A stretch of DNA of 64,000 nucleotides, from positions 25,544,001 to 25,608,000 of the forward strand of contig CP158635.1 of the NCBI GenBank assembly GCA_050273025.1, given 5' to 3'. A program made the position numbers and the translations under genes. This DNA is from Cenococcum geophilum. Taxonomy: Eukaryota. The notes below the pieces were generated by a model. That model made no database searches. It had not been told where the DNA came from and worked only from the letters and a program-made list of their open reading frames with translations. Positions 1 through 12,800 of this stretch are shown here, piece after piece (position 1 is the first letter of the stretch; each line of letters begins with the position of its first letter).

Positions 1-153
1 AGAAAATATCTTCAGCCTAAATGTTAAGAGTATCCAACCTCGCATGAGCCGCCGCGGTATGCCGGAGGTGGAATCCTCATCGTCGTCAAAAGTAGTCGAA
101 GCGGGTATAGGTTGAGGAGAATCGTGCCCCCGAAAAGTAGAGGGTGAAGACAT
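1..153 (-). CDS. Possible 5' end of a gene running off the window (MSSPSTFRGHDSPQPIPASTTFDDDEDSTSG...)
   Basis: ATG at 153, frame open to the window edge, divergent from SMD2; no family recognised. Confidence 0.3.
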   Translation of the reverse strand, partial: MSSPSTFRGHDSPQPIPASTTFDDDEDSTSGIPRRLMRGWILLTFRLKIFS

Positions 154-629
154 GACCCTCAGCTGTTTAAGTTGCAAGAGGTTGCCCAAAGGTGAGAGGC
201 AGTAACAAGGTGGTTATGGGTGCGAAGGATACGTGGGTCGATATCATAAAGCGAGAGGTTGGTGTTGGTACATCGCGAAGCGCGTCTGGTTGAGCACAGG
301 GAACCAAAAAAAAAAAGAAAAGCAGACGATTCGCGAAGAATCATAAAAGAAAATGGAAGCAGCTAGATATTCCGGAGCTTGATTTGCATCGTGGAGAGGA
401 GTGAGGCTTGAATTGTGGTGTGTTTTGCAGTTGAAAGGTCTTTGACATGCCTTTGGAGCTAGTTACAATGATGCTCGTGCTCCTCACGACGTGCACTGAC
501 CACCTTCGCGGAGACCGCGCGAGGAGCATGCCCCTTCCGATAATTTTTCCGAGCCAAGACTGAACTTCAACTACTCCACTAAGTGATATTAAAAGTCTCT
601 GCCAGGTCGTAAACATAGAATAATACACA

Positions 630-1175
630 ATGGCCGATGCAAAGATTCAGTAAGATACCATAAGGCTCTGTGCACTACGCTCCTCTTACTGATATGTCCC
701 AGGGAACTCCTCAATAAGCCGCGCGCCGAACTCACGTATGTCCTCTCGCGTCTCTGCCTGGTAGACCGCACGACCTCAAGCCAACATTAAAACTAATAAC
801 TCATTTTCCGCAGCGAATATGAGATCGCCCAGCTAGAGGAGCACGAGTTCGCCTCTGGCCCCCTCTCAATCCTTCAAACAGCTGTCCGATCCCGCACACA
901 GGTGCTCATCTCATGTCGAAACAACCGCAAGCTGCTTGCCCGCGTGAAGGCGTTTGATCGCCACTGCAACATGGTCTTAGAAAACGTGAAGGAAATGTGG
1001 ACGGAGACGCCAAGGTTAGCTTCAGGAAAGAAGGGCAGACCGGTTAATAAGGATCGCTTCATCAGTAAACTGTAAGTGTTCGTATGCTAGGCGATTGCAG
1101 CGCAGCTTAAGAAGGTTTCTAATATTGCGTAGCTTCCTCCGAGGGGATTCGGTTATCCTTGTTCTGCTGAGTTGA
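630..1175 (+). CDS. SMD2: Small nuclear ribonucleoprotein Sm D2 (4 exons; introns ~650-702, 736-813, ~1072-1132)
   Basis: Manual splicing gives [82 protein letters not shown]...[20 protein letters not shown], the Sm D2 signature. Confidence 0.95.
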
Positions 1176-1323
1176 GATGGTTGGTGGAGCTTGTCTGGGA
1201 TTGTTTCTGGGGTAAAATACAGCGGGTTGGCGTTCTGAAGCTACACAATGGATGAAGCTACATGCAAGATTTCAAAATAATGGTCATCATATGTTCTCAT
1301 GCTGCGGGACTCGTATCTCATGC

Positions 1324-3403
1324 TCACTGCAGACCTTCGCTCAGACCCACCAAGAACTCTGCCAATCCGTGCGCACCAGGATCGGGAACTCCTTGCCATC
1401 CCTCTCCTCCAACATATACGGTGCGACCCAGGCTGGCTCTCATGCCCCTTGTGCCTTTTGCACCGGCTTCTGCAGCTAGCGCCGCAGATTTGACATCACC
1501 TGTCTTGGATAAGGTCCCTACGAAAGGATACAAAGCATCGATCAGAGTTCGGTCGCCGGGCCGGGCCGGGGTATATTTGCTAAGAGTATCGAGTGAAGAC
1601 TGCAGAGCCTTGCTCCAGACCTCCGCGGTGGCTGGGCTCGGCGATGAAGGTGATTGCAGTCGTAGACCATGCGCCAGGGCGTTCAGGAATATAGCATAGA
1701 TCGCCCCTGAAGTCCCGTCCATGTTCGTCTCCACGACGTGAGTAATATTATGAACGAGGATGGTAGCGTCATCAGCCTTTTTCGTTCTATCAAGCATCTT
1801 AAGGATAGCTTTCTTGATATAAGTAAAAAGCCTTCTATATAAATGACTGAAAACTCACCTTCAGCACCCCGCTTCAGCCCAATTCCACAATCGCCATCCC
1901 CGACAATCGTGTCATAATTGGTGATGTCCGGTTCTGCCGCAATGACTCTCATCAATGCAGACTTCAAAGCCTTCTTCGCAAGAGCAGGGTCCACTAATGA
2001 TATATCTGGTCAGCAAGATAGAAAGTAGATGCTCTTCCATTAGGCTTAAGTTGAAACCTACATCGGAGGTTGCTTGGCTGAACTTCTCTAGAATCCCCCG
2101 AATCATTCTCTCTTGTTGCGCTGGATTTTTTTTGCCACGTTTTGGTCGATATGGCTGCTGACCATCCAGTCGCTTCTGCGGGGGCGTCAAGTAAATTTAA
2201 CATTGAATTTCCATTACCAAGGCCGGTGTCTGTAATCCTTAGGAGACTGACGCTGAATCCAAGCCCATTCAGACTAGTCATGAATGTTCCAGCTAGTATT
2301 CTTACTGGCTTAACCTTCCAGTCTTTCTCCAGCTGCTCCACTACTTCGTTCGTGATTCCTCCTAGCTCAAGCACGCTGACTCCGCCTAGGTTGTTTACTA
2401 ACAACACAGTTTCATCATTTGGTGAGACTTTTAGGAAATTCCGGTCTTCATCTGACGAATCCAGCAGATGCGCCAGCATAGTTTTTACAAGTCCGCGAAG
2501 GTCTTCCGTCCTGCGTTCCGAGCCCGGCTCGTTGTGTATCCCCATGCCAATCTCTACCTCAGACTCTTTCAGGTCTGCATTGCTGGATTCTGGTAAACTG
2601 CGCCCTGGGACATGAACGTGGGATAGCGAAGCTCCAATGGAGACGATATTGCGTGCTGTCAGTTGAGCAACTTCATGGACTTCTTTGAGAGCGGCACTGT
2701 ATCAACTTCAGCATATCCACCATCAGATAAGAGTATCGAAATTCCGAGGGGAATTATAGTAAAATGAACACACCCTTTCGCTGCCAGCGCTCCCGCGATC
2801 TTTTGTACTAAGACTGTACCAGCAATCCCTCTCCGCCCAACCTTTCCGCCTTTCTTTCGTCCAACACCTGTATCATCCCCAACAACCACCATTTCAACAT
2901 CCAACCCAGTGGCCTTTGCCTTTTCAACCGCCATTCCAAAATTCAATACGTCGCCCTTGTCATTCGTTAGTCTCAATCGATAAATTTGCATTCAAACAAT
3001 CCATCTACCGTGTAATTCATAACCACAACCAACACCCCTTTCCCGCTCTCAACCCTTTGCAATATACACCGCCTCACTTGCTTCGCGCTCGGACTGGCAA
3101 AAATTGTCCCAGCAACTGCACCCGCTAGCAGGCCGTCGCCGACAAAGGCGGCGAAAGAGGGTTCATGTCCGCTACCGCCACCAGAGACGATAGAAACTTG
3201 ACTGGCATGTCCAGGCCTTCGGTATATTATTTTGTTCTCCTCATCAAAGGCGACCGAGGGGTTGGTGAGTGTTGTTGCGCGCAGAGCGCTTGTTACAAGG
3301 CGGGTTGGGTCGTTGATGAAGTGTTTAGCTAGGAAATATTCAAGTCGGTGTATCTCAGTGACGTGATAATAAGTATAATTGCGTAGGACAACAGACCTGA
3401 CAT
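1324..3403 (-). CDS. DAK1: Dihydroxyacetone kinase (Dak1+Dak2 domains), multi-exon
   Basis: Motifs [67 protein letters not shown] across ORFs 2659-2991, 1994-2545, 1683-1994 and 1324-1797; ATG at 3403 followed by an intron. Confidence 0.93.
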
Positions 3404-3559
3404 TGTATCAAGTCGAGATAGATGGATTGCAAGGAGAGTTCATAGCGGACGGATGGACGCGCCCATTGAAGTTCCCCCAAGTTAAATGCTGCGAGCGTTG
3501 GCGTCAGTCATTATTTGCATGCCTAAGGAGGGGTGGTGGGCGTGGCGGGGTAGCTTCAG

Positions 3560-4560
3560 CTGTGTGCGGACAAATTTCCGCGTAGCCAAGAGCAACAGTA
3601 AAATAGCCAATGACACAACTCAACATTGCCGGACGATGAGCTCACACTTTCCCGCGGTTTCCGGCGTTAAGTACTCTTTATGAGGAAGCCAAGATGAGCT
3701 TAGTGTTTGGCCGAGGAATTGGAGGACCCCGTCGCCGCCCCCTTACCACGATACGCAGAGCCGTCTGATTAACGAGACAACGATCCACAGCGGATACCAC
3801 AACCAACATGGCCTCTAGCCCTGACCTACAACACGATACCCCTTAACCACTACGGCAAAACAATACCACAGCAAGTTATAATCAGGGAGGGTCTTGGCAA
3901 AGGCTTAGGGAAGGAATTTGGGCTTTTTTAGAAGTGTCTCCTTGTCGGTAATAGGAGTGGTGACGCTACGCCCTCTTGGCTTCCATAGGAAAGGAGGAGT
4001 AAATACAAATGTGCCGCCTAAGAGTTAGGGGTTACACAAGGCATAGTTCCAAATTATTAGCCTCCCTCAAGCGTCTTTATGTCAAGGACACCAAGGGAGA
4101 TGAACAAAGCTGACGCCCTCGAACCGGTAGAGATTGTTAATAGTTTCAGGAGCGCTGATGCCTTACTCGATATCTTCTGGAGCTTTTCGGTTAAGCATTC
4201 TAGTAACCCATTTTCGTGGGCTAGGCGTCGATCTCGTCATCTGTGTCAAAAGCAAGCCACGAGACAGGCTAAGAAAGGCTCTTACAGGAATCCAATGCAA
4301 AAAACAGCAATTAAGCGCTAATTTGGGAAACACGGTTGAGCTTAATTGGGGGTTAGGTTTGGTTTTAAAGCTCGATCAGGAAAGAGTTCGGGGGAAATTT
4401 CAGCGGATGATCGAGAGCAGAAAGCGGTCTGGCTGAGTGAGATGAAGGAGAGAAGAAAACAAGGACACGCACGAACTCTTTCTCTACATACCAGGTGCAG
4501 CCAACAACAATGCACGGTACTTTTTCTTAGGAAAAGGAACGCTAACTAGATTGCCACAAG
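3560..4560 (-). ncRNA. Candidate long structured ncRNA, possibly telomerase RNA (ends approximate)
   Basis: No credible ORF; several helices, some G-U-rich on the minus strand only (3819-3887, 3735-3800); template-like CCUAACCC (4357-4350) and UAACCCCUAAC (4034-4024). Confidence 0.4.
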
Positions 4561-4705
4561 CGGTCAGTTCACTGGTGACTTTAAATGGTTCCCTCAAGCA
4601 ATATTGGAATGGCGGTTATGAAGCAAGATTTTCAGAGACAATTGGTAATAGTTAATGAGCCCGCAAAATGGTCTCGTATTTGTTCTAGAGGATTCAATAG
4701 CCACG

Positions 4706-6088
4706 CTAGTTCTCATCGCCTTCCCCTTCCAGAAGAACGTATTCTAGGATGTCGCTCAAAGTTAAAACACCCTTCAGATGGCTGTTTTCGTCAATGACAA
4801 CAAATCTATGAACCCGTGATCTGCGAACGGTATCAAATATAGTATCCAAGCGGTCATACATGGAACAGGTGTAGATTCCTGCAAAATCCTGCTAGCAGTG
4901 AGCGACTACCTTAAACGCAGGGGAGAGAACTTACGTCCGACCGTTTTAGCAAGGCATCCCCGACACTGAGATTCAAGTCATCATATACACCTCCTTTGAT
5001 AAGTGTGATCACATCCACGGCTTCGAAGACATTGATTACGGCATCTGATCCCGTTAAAACTAGTCTAAAATGGCGGGAGTAACTGACCATTTTTGTCTAA
5101 AATTGGGACACTGGAAATATTCTTCTTGACGAGCATGTGAATAACATCCATGACAGGCGTATCCATGTGTGCAGTTTGGAGGCCGGAGTAAGTCCCGACA
5201 TGAAGATCTTTTAGAGGTTTCCGCAACATCTGAGTCTCTTTCACATTCACAGCCACAAATTTTAAGATCCTGTATTGCGTCACAACACTAACCACCATCG
5301 CACGGTGCGTCTCGTCATCAATATCAACTAGTGGAATACGTCTAGCGCGGGACTCGAGCATCTTCCGACACGCTTCGTACAAAGGCCGTTCAGGATGGAT
5401 GGATACGGTTTCAATAGGAGCTACACCAATAGCTTTCTCAACATCTATCGAAGATCAGTCACAGCAAGCGATACTGCAATATATGAATAAGCCTACCACG
5501 AAGGCTATTGAGACGGAATTGGTCTACCTGAGCAAGGGCGTCTGGATTCTGCCAATAATATTGTATAACGTTGATATAATCAGACGTAGTAAGGAGCCCT
5601 GCGAAAGTAGATGTTTTCGAGTCCCAAAGCGGAGCAGAGACAATACCTTTTGGTCATATAGTCAGCAATCAGTCATTTAGCGATGCATGGTAGTGCTACC
5701 ATTTTGGATGAGAATGTTCAGGCTTTTCTTTACAAGCAGCGATGTATCGAAGACTATCAATCGGAAGCTTAGGGGTAGGACATCGTAACTGGTACGCACT
5801 TTCAAGAAAGCCCGGATAATTCGCTATAAAAGGCAAAAGTTAATTCAGGATTCAGCGTCATGACAAGCCCAGCGCTTCAACAAGATTCATTAGCCCACTC
5901 ACTAAGCCTTCGATCTGCTCCTGGTCTATAGGGCTCAAAGGTTTGGCAGGTATAATAGGTTCGGCTGGTTCCAGATATGTACGCGGCTGCACAAAACCAG
6001 ACCGCTCATGGCCTACAGCAGAGTCGTTGATAGCAGGGTTTAAAGGCGCCGGGGCGGTTGTGGACTCGGCGACGTCTGCTCCGGACAT
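4706..6088 (-). CDS. SNF4: SNF1/AMPK gamma subunit (CBS domains), multi-exon
   Basis: [29 protein letters not shown]...[33 protein letters not shown]-terminal [28 protein letters not shown]...EN* (stop 4706-4708). Confidence 0.93.
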
Positions 6089-6554
6089 TGCAGCTGCGTG
6101 ACCTCTCTAGCTGAAGCCGCATGGAGAGGCAATAGTCCTATGTTGCGCTGGAGGTGTTTGCGATGGGCATGTGGGGGAATACCGGCCTCGATGTCTGTTG
6201 ACCGTGAAGGAACTGGCGTCGTGAGGCTCGCCAACGGAGAGGGTTAAATTGAATGCGAAGCGTGGGGGCGAGGGCTGCATGTGATTATGGCTCCGTAGTA
6301 TAATATGGTTACGGGGCGGGAACACGTGCATAATGCTCCGTATACCCCCCAAACCCTAAAACGAAGCCTAATTAGGGGGTGTTCGGTTGCAATCTGGAGG
6401 CCTCAGATTCAGTTCAGAACCCGTTGATTGGGAGTGATTTCGTCTACACAGCCTTAAAATTTTAATGTTCCTTTACCGTATACAGCTTCTGAAATAGAGC
6501 CCCCGGTGTCCTTTTAATATGGAGCTCGAAGGATAAACTATAGCATAACCATAA

Positions 6555-6755
6555 TGTTAGCGACTCAGTCAATCGAGGCACGAGCACGGCAAGAGGGACG
6601 CGCAAGCCTATATGATTGGTAGTCTATAAACGAGGATCTAAAGCTAGAGAAAGGAAAGGAGAAGAAGAGCAGCGCCGGTTAAAGTAGGGTTCTTTTATGC
6701 GGCCCTCTAGTTATATGACCGCGAAGTTCTGCTAAGTTCTGCCAGTGCCATAACA
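6555..6755 (-). repeat. 3' LTR of element A (201 bp, TG...CA)
   Basis: tgttagcgac...gccataaca; direct repeat of 28132-28332; adjacent PPT. Confidence 0.95.
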
Positions 6756-9426
6756 TTACCCCCCCCTCCACAAAAGCCTGCCCTTAGGCTTTGTAGTCTA
6801 TATTATGCTTATAGGGCATTCTTATCTTTATATTCTTCTAGTAGCTTATTATCTTTACTATGCTAGCACTCTATCTACTCGTTTAGGTACTTTAGGGGTC
6901 CTAGTTTATTAGGGTAGCGGTTATAGAATTCTTAAAGCTTATAGGGACTGCTAATAAAGTTCTATATAGGGTACTAGGTAAGATTTAGGTTATAGCCTTT
7001 CTAACTAACGCGGTACTTTAGCGTTTTCCTTACTAGTTTACAGGCTAGTACTTCTTTAATTTCCTATTTATTGTCGCCATTAACTTAAATTAGTAGGGGA
7101 GGTTTGTTCTTTTATCTAGGCAATAGGTTATTTATAGCTTTCTGTAGTTTATCCAGCGAGAAAATAGGGTAAACCTTAATTAAATCCGGGAGCTTTACTT
7201 TGTATAAGTTACCTATCTTCTTAAGGACTTTATACGGTCCCGCTATCTAATAGTCTAGCTTATAGCTAGGCCGTTCCGTCTTCCAGTTCTTTATCATAAC
7301 CTAGACTATATTGCCTACGGTAAAATCGGGTTCGCGCCTATGCTTATTTGCCTACTATTCCATTAATTTCTAGGCCTTTTCTAAATTTATATGGGCTACT
7401 GTCTAGGCTTCCTCTAAGCGCTTGGCGTACTGCTGGGCTTCCTTATAAAACAGTTTCTTATATATAGTCCATAGTTCTTCTAGTCTATCCTAGTTAAAGC
7501 TTATTTAGGGTAAATACCCTATTTCTAGTTAGATAGGTGTAAATCCCGTAGAGTTATAGGGTAGGGTCGCCTGGGCGTAGTCTATTAGGGGTAGCAGTTT
7601 GCCCTAGTTATTCTAGAAGTAGTTAATAAAAGGCCGGAGTCTCTAATCTAAATATTAATTTACAATTTCTGTCTGGCCGTCTGTTTAGGGGTAGTATACT
7701 ATAGAGAGCTTTAGCCTAATACCTAGGATCTAGGTAAACTCGTTCTAGAAGGCTAATATAAATTATAGGCTGTAATCGGATATAATAGTATCTAGTAGTC
7801 CATAAATGCGGTAGACGTAGTGGATATATAGTTGGGCCGCCTCCTTAGCATTAATATTCTTATAATAGGGAATTAAGAACGGGCGCTTGCTAAAGCGGTT
7901 AATTAGAATTATAACTATATTATATCTGTCGCGGTCTATTAGTAGCTTATAGAAGTCTATAGAGATATACTGCTAGGGGCGGTTAGGTATTGAGAGAGGT
8001 TTTAATAATCCTAGGGTCTTATCTTATGGAATTATAGATCTACGGCAGCTGTCGCAGTTCCGTATATAACGGTTAATATCTATAACTATTCTAGGCCAGT
8101 AGTAGCGGTTACCAATAATCTTACGGGTCTTATTTTTTCTAGGGTGGGCCGTAGAGACCTAGGTATAAGCTTTAGCAATAAGCTAGGTCCGTAAGTTCTA
8201 TTCCTTAGCTACTACTAGCTGTTCCTAATACTTAAGTAGTCCATTTTTAAGGGACTATAGGCTAGTAATATTCTTTACCTTTTTATAGTATTCCTGTAGA
8301 GAGGGGGTTGTTTAGTTAGCCTATAGTAGTTTATTAATAAGGTTAAGTTTGGAGGAGTTAATAGAATATATCTTGGCGCCTAAGGAGTCTATGCTTAGTT
8401 CTGCCTGTATCCGGGGGTTAAGGTATTTTAGTTATAGTAGCGTTTAGGTCTATAGTAAGATCTTCATAGTTGTCTGGTTATCTAGGTCTTGCTTACGCCT
8501 TATAAGAGCGTCCGCACGGTTTATAGCGCCTAGTTTATATATAATTAAGAAGTTAAATTAAGATAGGGTATCCGCCTAGTGTGCCTGTTAGGCTATAAGG
8601 GCCTTAGTTATTATAAAGTATTCTAGGGCCTTATAATCTAAAACTACCTTAATTAGCTTAGGGGTCCCCTCTAGCTATATACGCTAGTGCTAAAAGCTAG
8701 AGATAATAGCCAGCATTTCTTTATTATGGATGTAGTAATTTAGCTTAGCATCTATTATAGTCTTTAAATAGTATATAATAGGGTGCCACTCTCCGTCTGG
8801 TTGCTTCTGGGAAAAAATACTAGCTATCGCGCCATCTAAGGCATTAGTTTCTAGTATTAAGGGCCGTTTTAGGTTAAAATAGGTAAGTAAGGGAGCCGAT
8901 ACCAGCCGTTTCTTAAGCTTATTAAAGGCCTGCCTATATATAGCGTTAAAGTGGAAGGGTTAGTCTTTTCTAGTAAGATAGTTAAGAGGCTAGGCGATTC
9001 TACTGTAGTCCTTAATAAAGTATTAGTAGAAGTTATAAAATCCTAAAAAGAATTATACCCCCTTTACGGTCCGTAGGGGTGCCTACTAGTTAATTACGGC
9101 CGTTTTCTCTAGGTTGGTTTTAATTCCGTTTATACTAATAATAAAACCTAGGTACTTTATACGCTTAACACTAAACTCTAACTTCTTAATATTAACCTAG
9201 AGGCTAGTCTTATAGAGCCGTTATAGGACTTTATAAATATGCTCCTTATGTTCTAGCTTATTTTTAGAGTAGATTATAATATTATTTAAATAGGCTGTAT
9301 AGAAATCGTTAAGGTAGTTAAAGAGTACATTATTTATATACCGCTAGTATATAGCTAGTCCGTTAGTTAGTCTAAAAGGGAGCACTTTATATTTATATGT
9401 TCCGTAATAGGTTTAAAACGTAGTAA

Positions 9427-9852
9427 TGTTACGAACGCTTTAAGTACGATGTTATAACTACTTGGAGAAGAGACGGAAGAAGCTAGTTAGTTAATTTAAG
9501 CACGGTTTAGGATAGAGCCGATAGAACCATATAACGAGGAATAGTAACTAAGGTTATATAATATAATCTATATAATCTGTATAATCTATATAATCTGCGA
9601 TAGAGTAAATAAAGCACGCGTATATTACATATAAGAAGGATTTTATAGAAATACGGTTATGTATTTAAGAACCCTTAATCCCTACCTAGATAGTTCCTTC
9701 CTTATAGTAATTCTTAGAATACAATTAAAGTTAATCTATTAGGTAACCACTCCACTAGTTATTATTACGTTGTTAACTTTTATACTTATATTTCCTATAT
9801 ACCTAGCCTAATAACGAGCCTATTGTAGTTCTTGCTATAAGGTTCCGTTATA
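9427..9852 (+). repeat. 5' LTR of B1 (426 bp; four 9-nt tandem units at 9564-9599)
   Basis: tgttacgaacgc...ggttccgttata; direct repeat of 24905-25348. Confidence 0.93.
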
Positions 9853-12800
9853 TAATTATTACCTAGTTACAGTATTAATATAAGAAGTTAAATAATATGC
9901 CACTAAAAGCAGCCACTATAACGCTATTAACGGCAGCAACTACTTTAAGGATAGGAGGTAATATTAGTATAGCAGATACTAACTTATAGCAACCTATGAC
10001 GGTTAGACAACTATAAAAAATAGTTAACTAACTAACAGCTAACTATATAGTATTAGAAGAAAGACTTAATAGGATAGGAGCAGTAAAGATTAAGCTACTA
10101 TTAATTAAGAGATTTATAGGAAAAAGGTTAAAGTTTAAAGAATTTCTTACGCAGATATACTTTAAGGTCTTATAGGAAGGAGTAAAGTTACCTATACCTG
10201 TGGATTAGATAGCCTACGCAGGACTATTCTTATTAGGAAAAGCACTTAAGTGGTTTAAACCTTATCTTATAGAGATATAGGCAAATAGAATAACGACCAC
10301 TAACTAAGATATGTAATTTATGTTCTTAAGCTAGGAGGGATTTATAAAATAATTTACGTAGATATTTAGAGACCTAAAAGAAATAACTATAGTAAAAAGA
10401 AAACTCCAGAACCTTATATAACAAACTTTAGTAATTAAGTATATAATATAATTCCAGACACTAGTAATATAAGTAGAGTAGAATAATAGGGCGCTTATAG
10501 CACAGTATAAATAAGGACTTAAGGCTAAAGTCTAGGACGTAATTATTCTAATAGAAGATATAGACACCCTAAGGGAATTAATAAATTAAGCGATTAAGAT
10601 TAATAATAGGATCTTCTAAAGGGAACAGGCTAAGAGAGGCTAGAATAGAATTCTATAGTTATATAAGGCGTAAAGCACGCAACAACTAAAGCCAAATTAG
10701 AAAATATAGTATAGCGTAGAGCTAATAGACCTAAGTGGTACTAAAGAAGCCTATAAGAGAGGAAGTAAACTATAAAAACCTAGAGGATAAGGATTAGGTA
10801 ATTAAAGGTTTAAGAAGTAGAGGCCGAATTAGGGATCTTAATAGCAGAAGATATTTAGGCGGACTCTATAGCAAGAAAAATGGTTTAAAGAGGGAGCTTA
10901 TATAAATTACGGAAAACAGGGTTATTATATTAGAGACTATAGAAGTAGGCAGAGTTACTATATAGTAAAGGGTATAAGACTAGTAGACGATATATATATA
11001 TAAAGGGACGATAATATACTATAAGGAATAAAAGAATGTTTAATTAGAAGTTTTGTGTTTTATTATAACAACGCATACTAAATTTATAAGGACGCTAAGT
11101 ATAGCGCAAGCTATTAGCTATAGGAGCTAGTATTTATAGGATATAGAGGAACTAACAAACTAGTTCATAGATCGGATATTAAGGACGATAAATTTAACGT
11201 AGGCGAAGTATTTTGTGACAATAAGGTAATAAGGGCCGCTTACTAGGAGTAAGTAGACCTTAGAGATATTATACTAAAGGTAGAGGATAATTCCACTATA
11301 GAATAGGGAATATTAATAGGGATTAAAACCCTACTAAACACGATGTCTATCGCTTTGCGAGACGTAAGAGAAGTAGGACAGTAAACTACTTCGGCACTTA
11401 ATAAAGGCAAAAGGCTAAAGGCTTAAGATTCTTAAGACAAGATAAGAGATAACTAAGACTCTTAAAATGAGATAAGGCATACCTAAGGACCTATAACGGA
11501 CGAAAACTAATAGAGTAGGGCAGTAGCTTAGTTTAGAAATATATAAATAAGCTCGGAATAAGAGTTTCCTATAGTATAAGATTCTTAAGACGAGATAAGT
11601 GAGATTTAAGACTCTTAAGATGAGATAAGAACACTACGGACGCCTAGTTAAACTAAGGCGGGAGCTAAGCTTAAGTTAGAAGTAAGTTTAGGATTAAAGA
11701 ATCTAAGGGACTAAGATTTTAGAGTATAAATAAGGATACCTATAGGTAAGAGGTAAGGGGCTTCTTTATAGATTAGAGAATCTATAATATAAACAGCAGT
11801 TAAACTAGAAGATAGATATATAGACCTAGAAGACTTACTAGGGGAACGTAGTGTTTAGCCTAAAGATTAAAAGTTTGATACTAGGATTAAGAAGTAAGAT
11901 GACTTTAAGGATTAAAGCGTAAGGCGCAAACTAAAAGAAACTATGGAAGAGTTTAGGTAAAGAATTATCGTATAGCAAGAATAGAAACTAGATAAGAGAT
12001 CTAGCACATTAGGACGTATAAAGGATAGAGCACTAGTATAAAGAATTATTAATAGGCTAAGAGTAGGTATACTAAGAGCTAAATAGCTTACTAAACTAGA
12101 AAATAAAGAGGATCTAGGGATTTTAACTAGGTTTAAAGAATAATATATAAAAGGCTATTATAATATAGTAATAAAAAGATACTTCCTTATAGACAGACTA
12201 TATATACTCTAGTAGCTATACTAAAAGTGGTATAGATAAAGACATAATAATAAGTAGGAAGATTTCTATATATAGTTAGATAAAAAAGTTATCTAAGACT
12301 ACCCAATTATAGAAAAGGCTATAATGTATATTAAAGGAGCCTTAATTATAACGTTAAAAGATTTAGAGGAATATTTAGAGGACTAGAGAAGCAAGAGACA
12401 TATCTTAGTACCTATAAGTAAAGCCGTAATATTTAGATCAGCATAATATAGGTTTAAACTTAGAGATAAAAATAAGCTAAGAGTTAACCTAAAGCACCTA
12501 GTATACTATACGTTATTATAGATTATATATATAGACGATATATGCGAAATACATAAGAATCCAAAGAAAAAGAATTGGAAATACTTTATAAGGATATACT
12601 AGATAATAGATAAGTAATAGTATAGGAATACTAAATATATATATAGATAGCATCCAGTAGAGGTCTAAGAGGAAGGAAGTTTAGTACTTTAACTAGGAAG
12701 ATTCTTTATAGAAAAATACTTAGATAGACAATAGTAGTAGAAATGCCCAGAAAACACGTGTCTATAGTATATTAAAGATAAAAAGCGAACTAGGCATTAG

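Noticed and set aside
1252..1699. Plus-strand ORFs overlapping DAK1 (and similar antisense ORFs over FZO1, PTC1, TUL1)
   Set aside because: Shadow frames of well-supported genes on the other strand, with no motifs
4391..4406. GGGGAAATTTCAGCGG resembling RNase P CR-I
   Set aside because: No matching CR-V partner or other conserved regions found
4079..4549. Short plus-strand ORFs of 67-100 aa
   Set aside because: No recognisable protein features; the region is better explained as structured non-coding sequence
6349..6360. AAACCCTAA telomere-like word upstream of SNF4
   Set aside because: Single copy in a promoter without structural context; not an interstitial telomere or template
6756..6910. 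Antisense accessory ORF in element A like that of family B
   Set aside because: Pol runs almost to the PPT; no room and no Cys pattern
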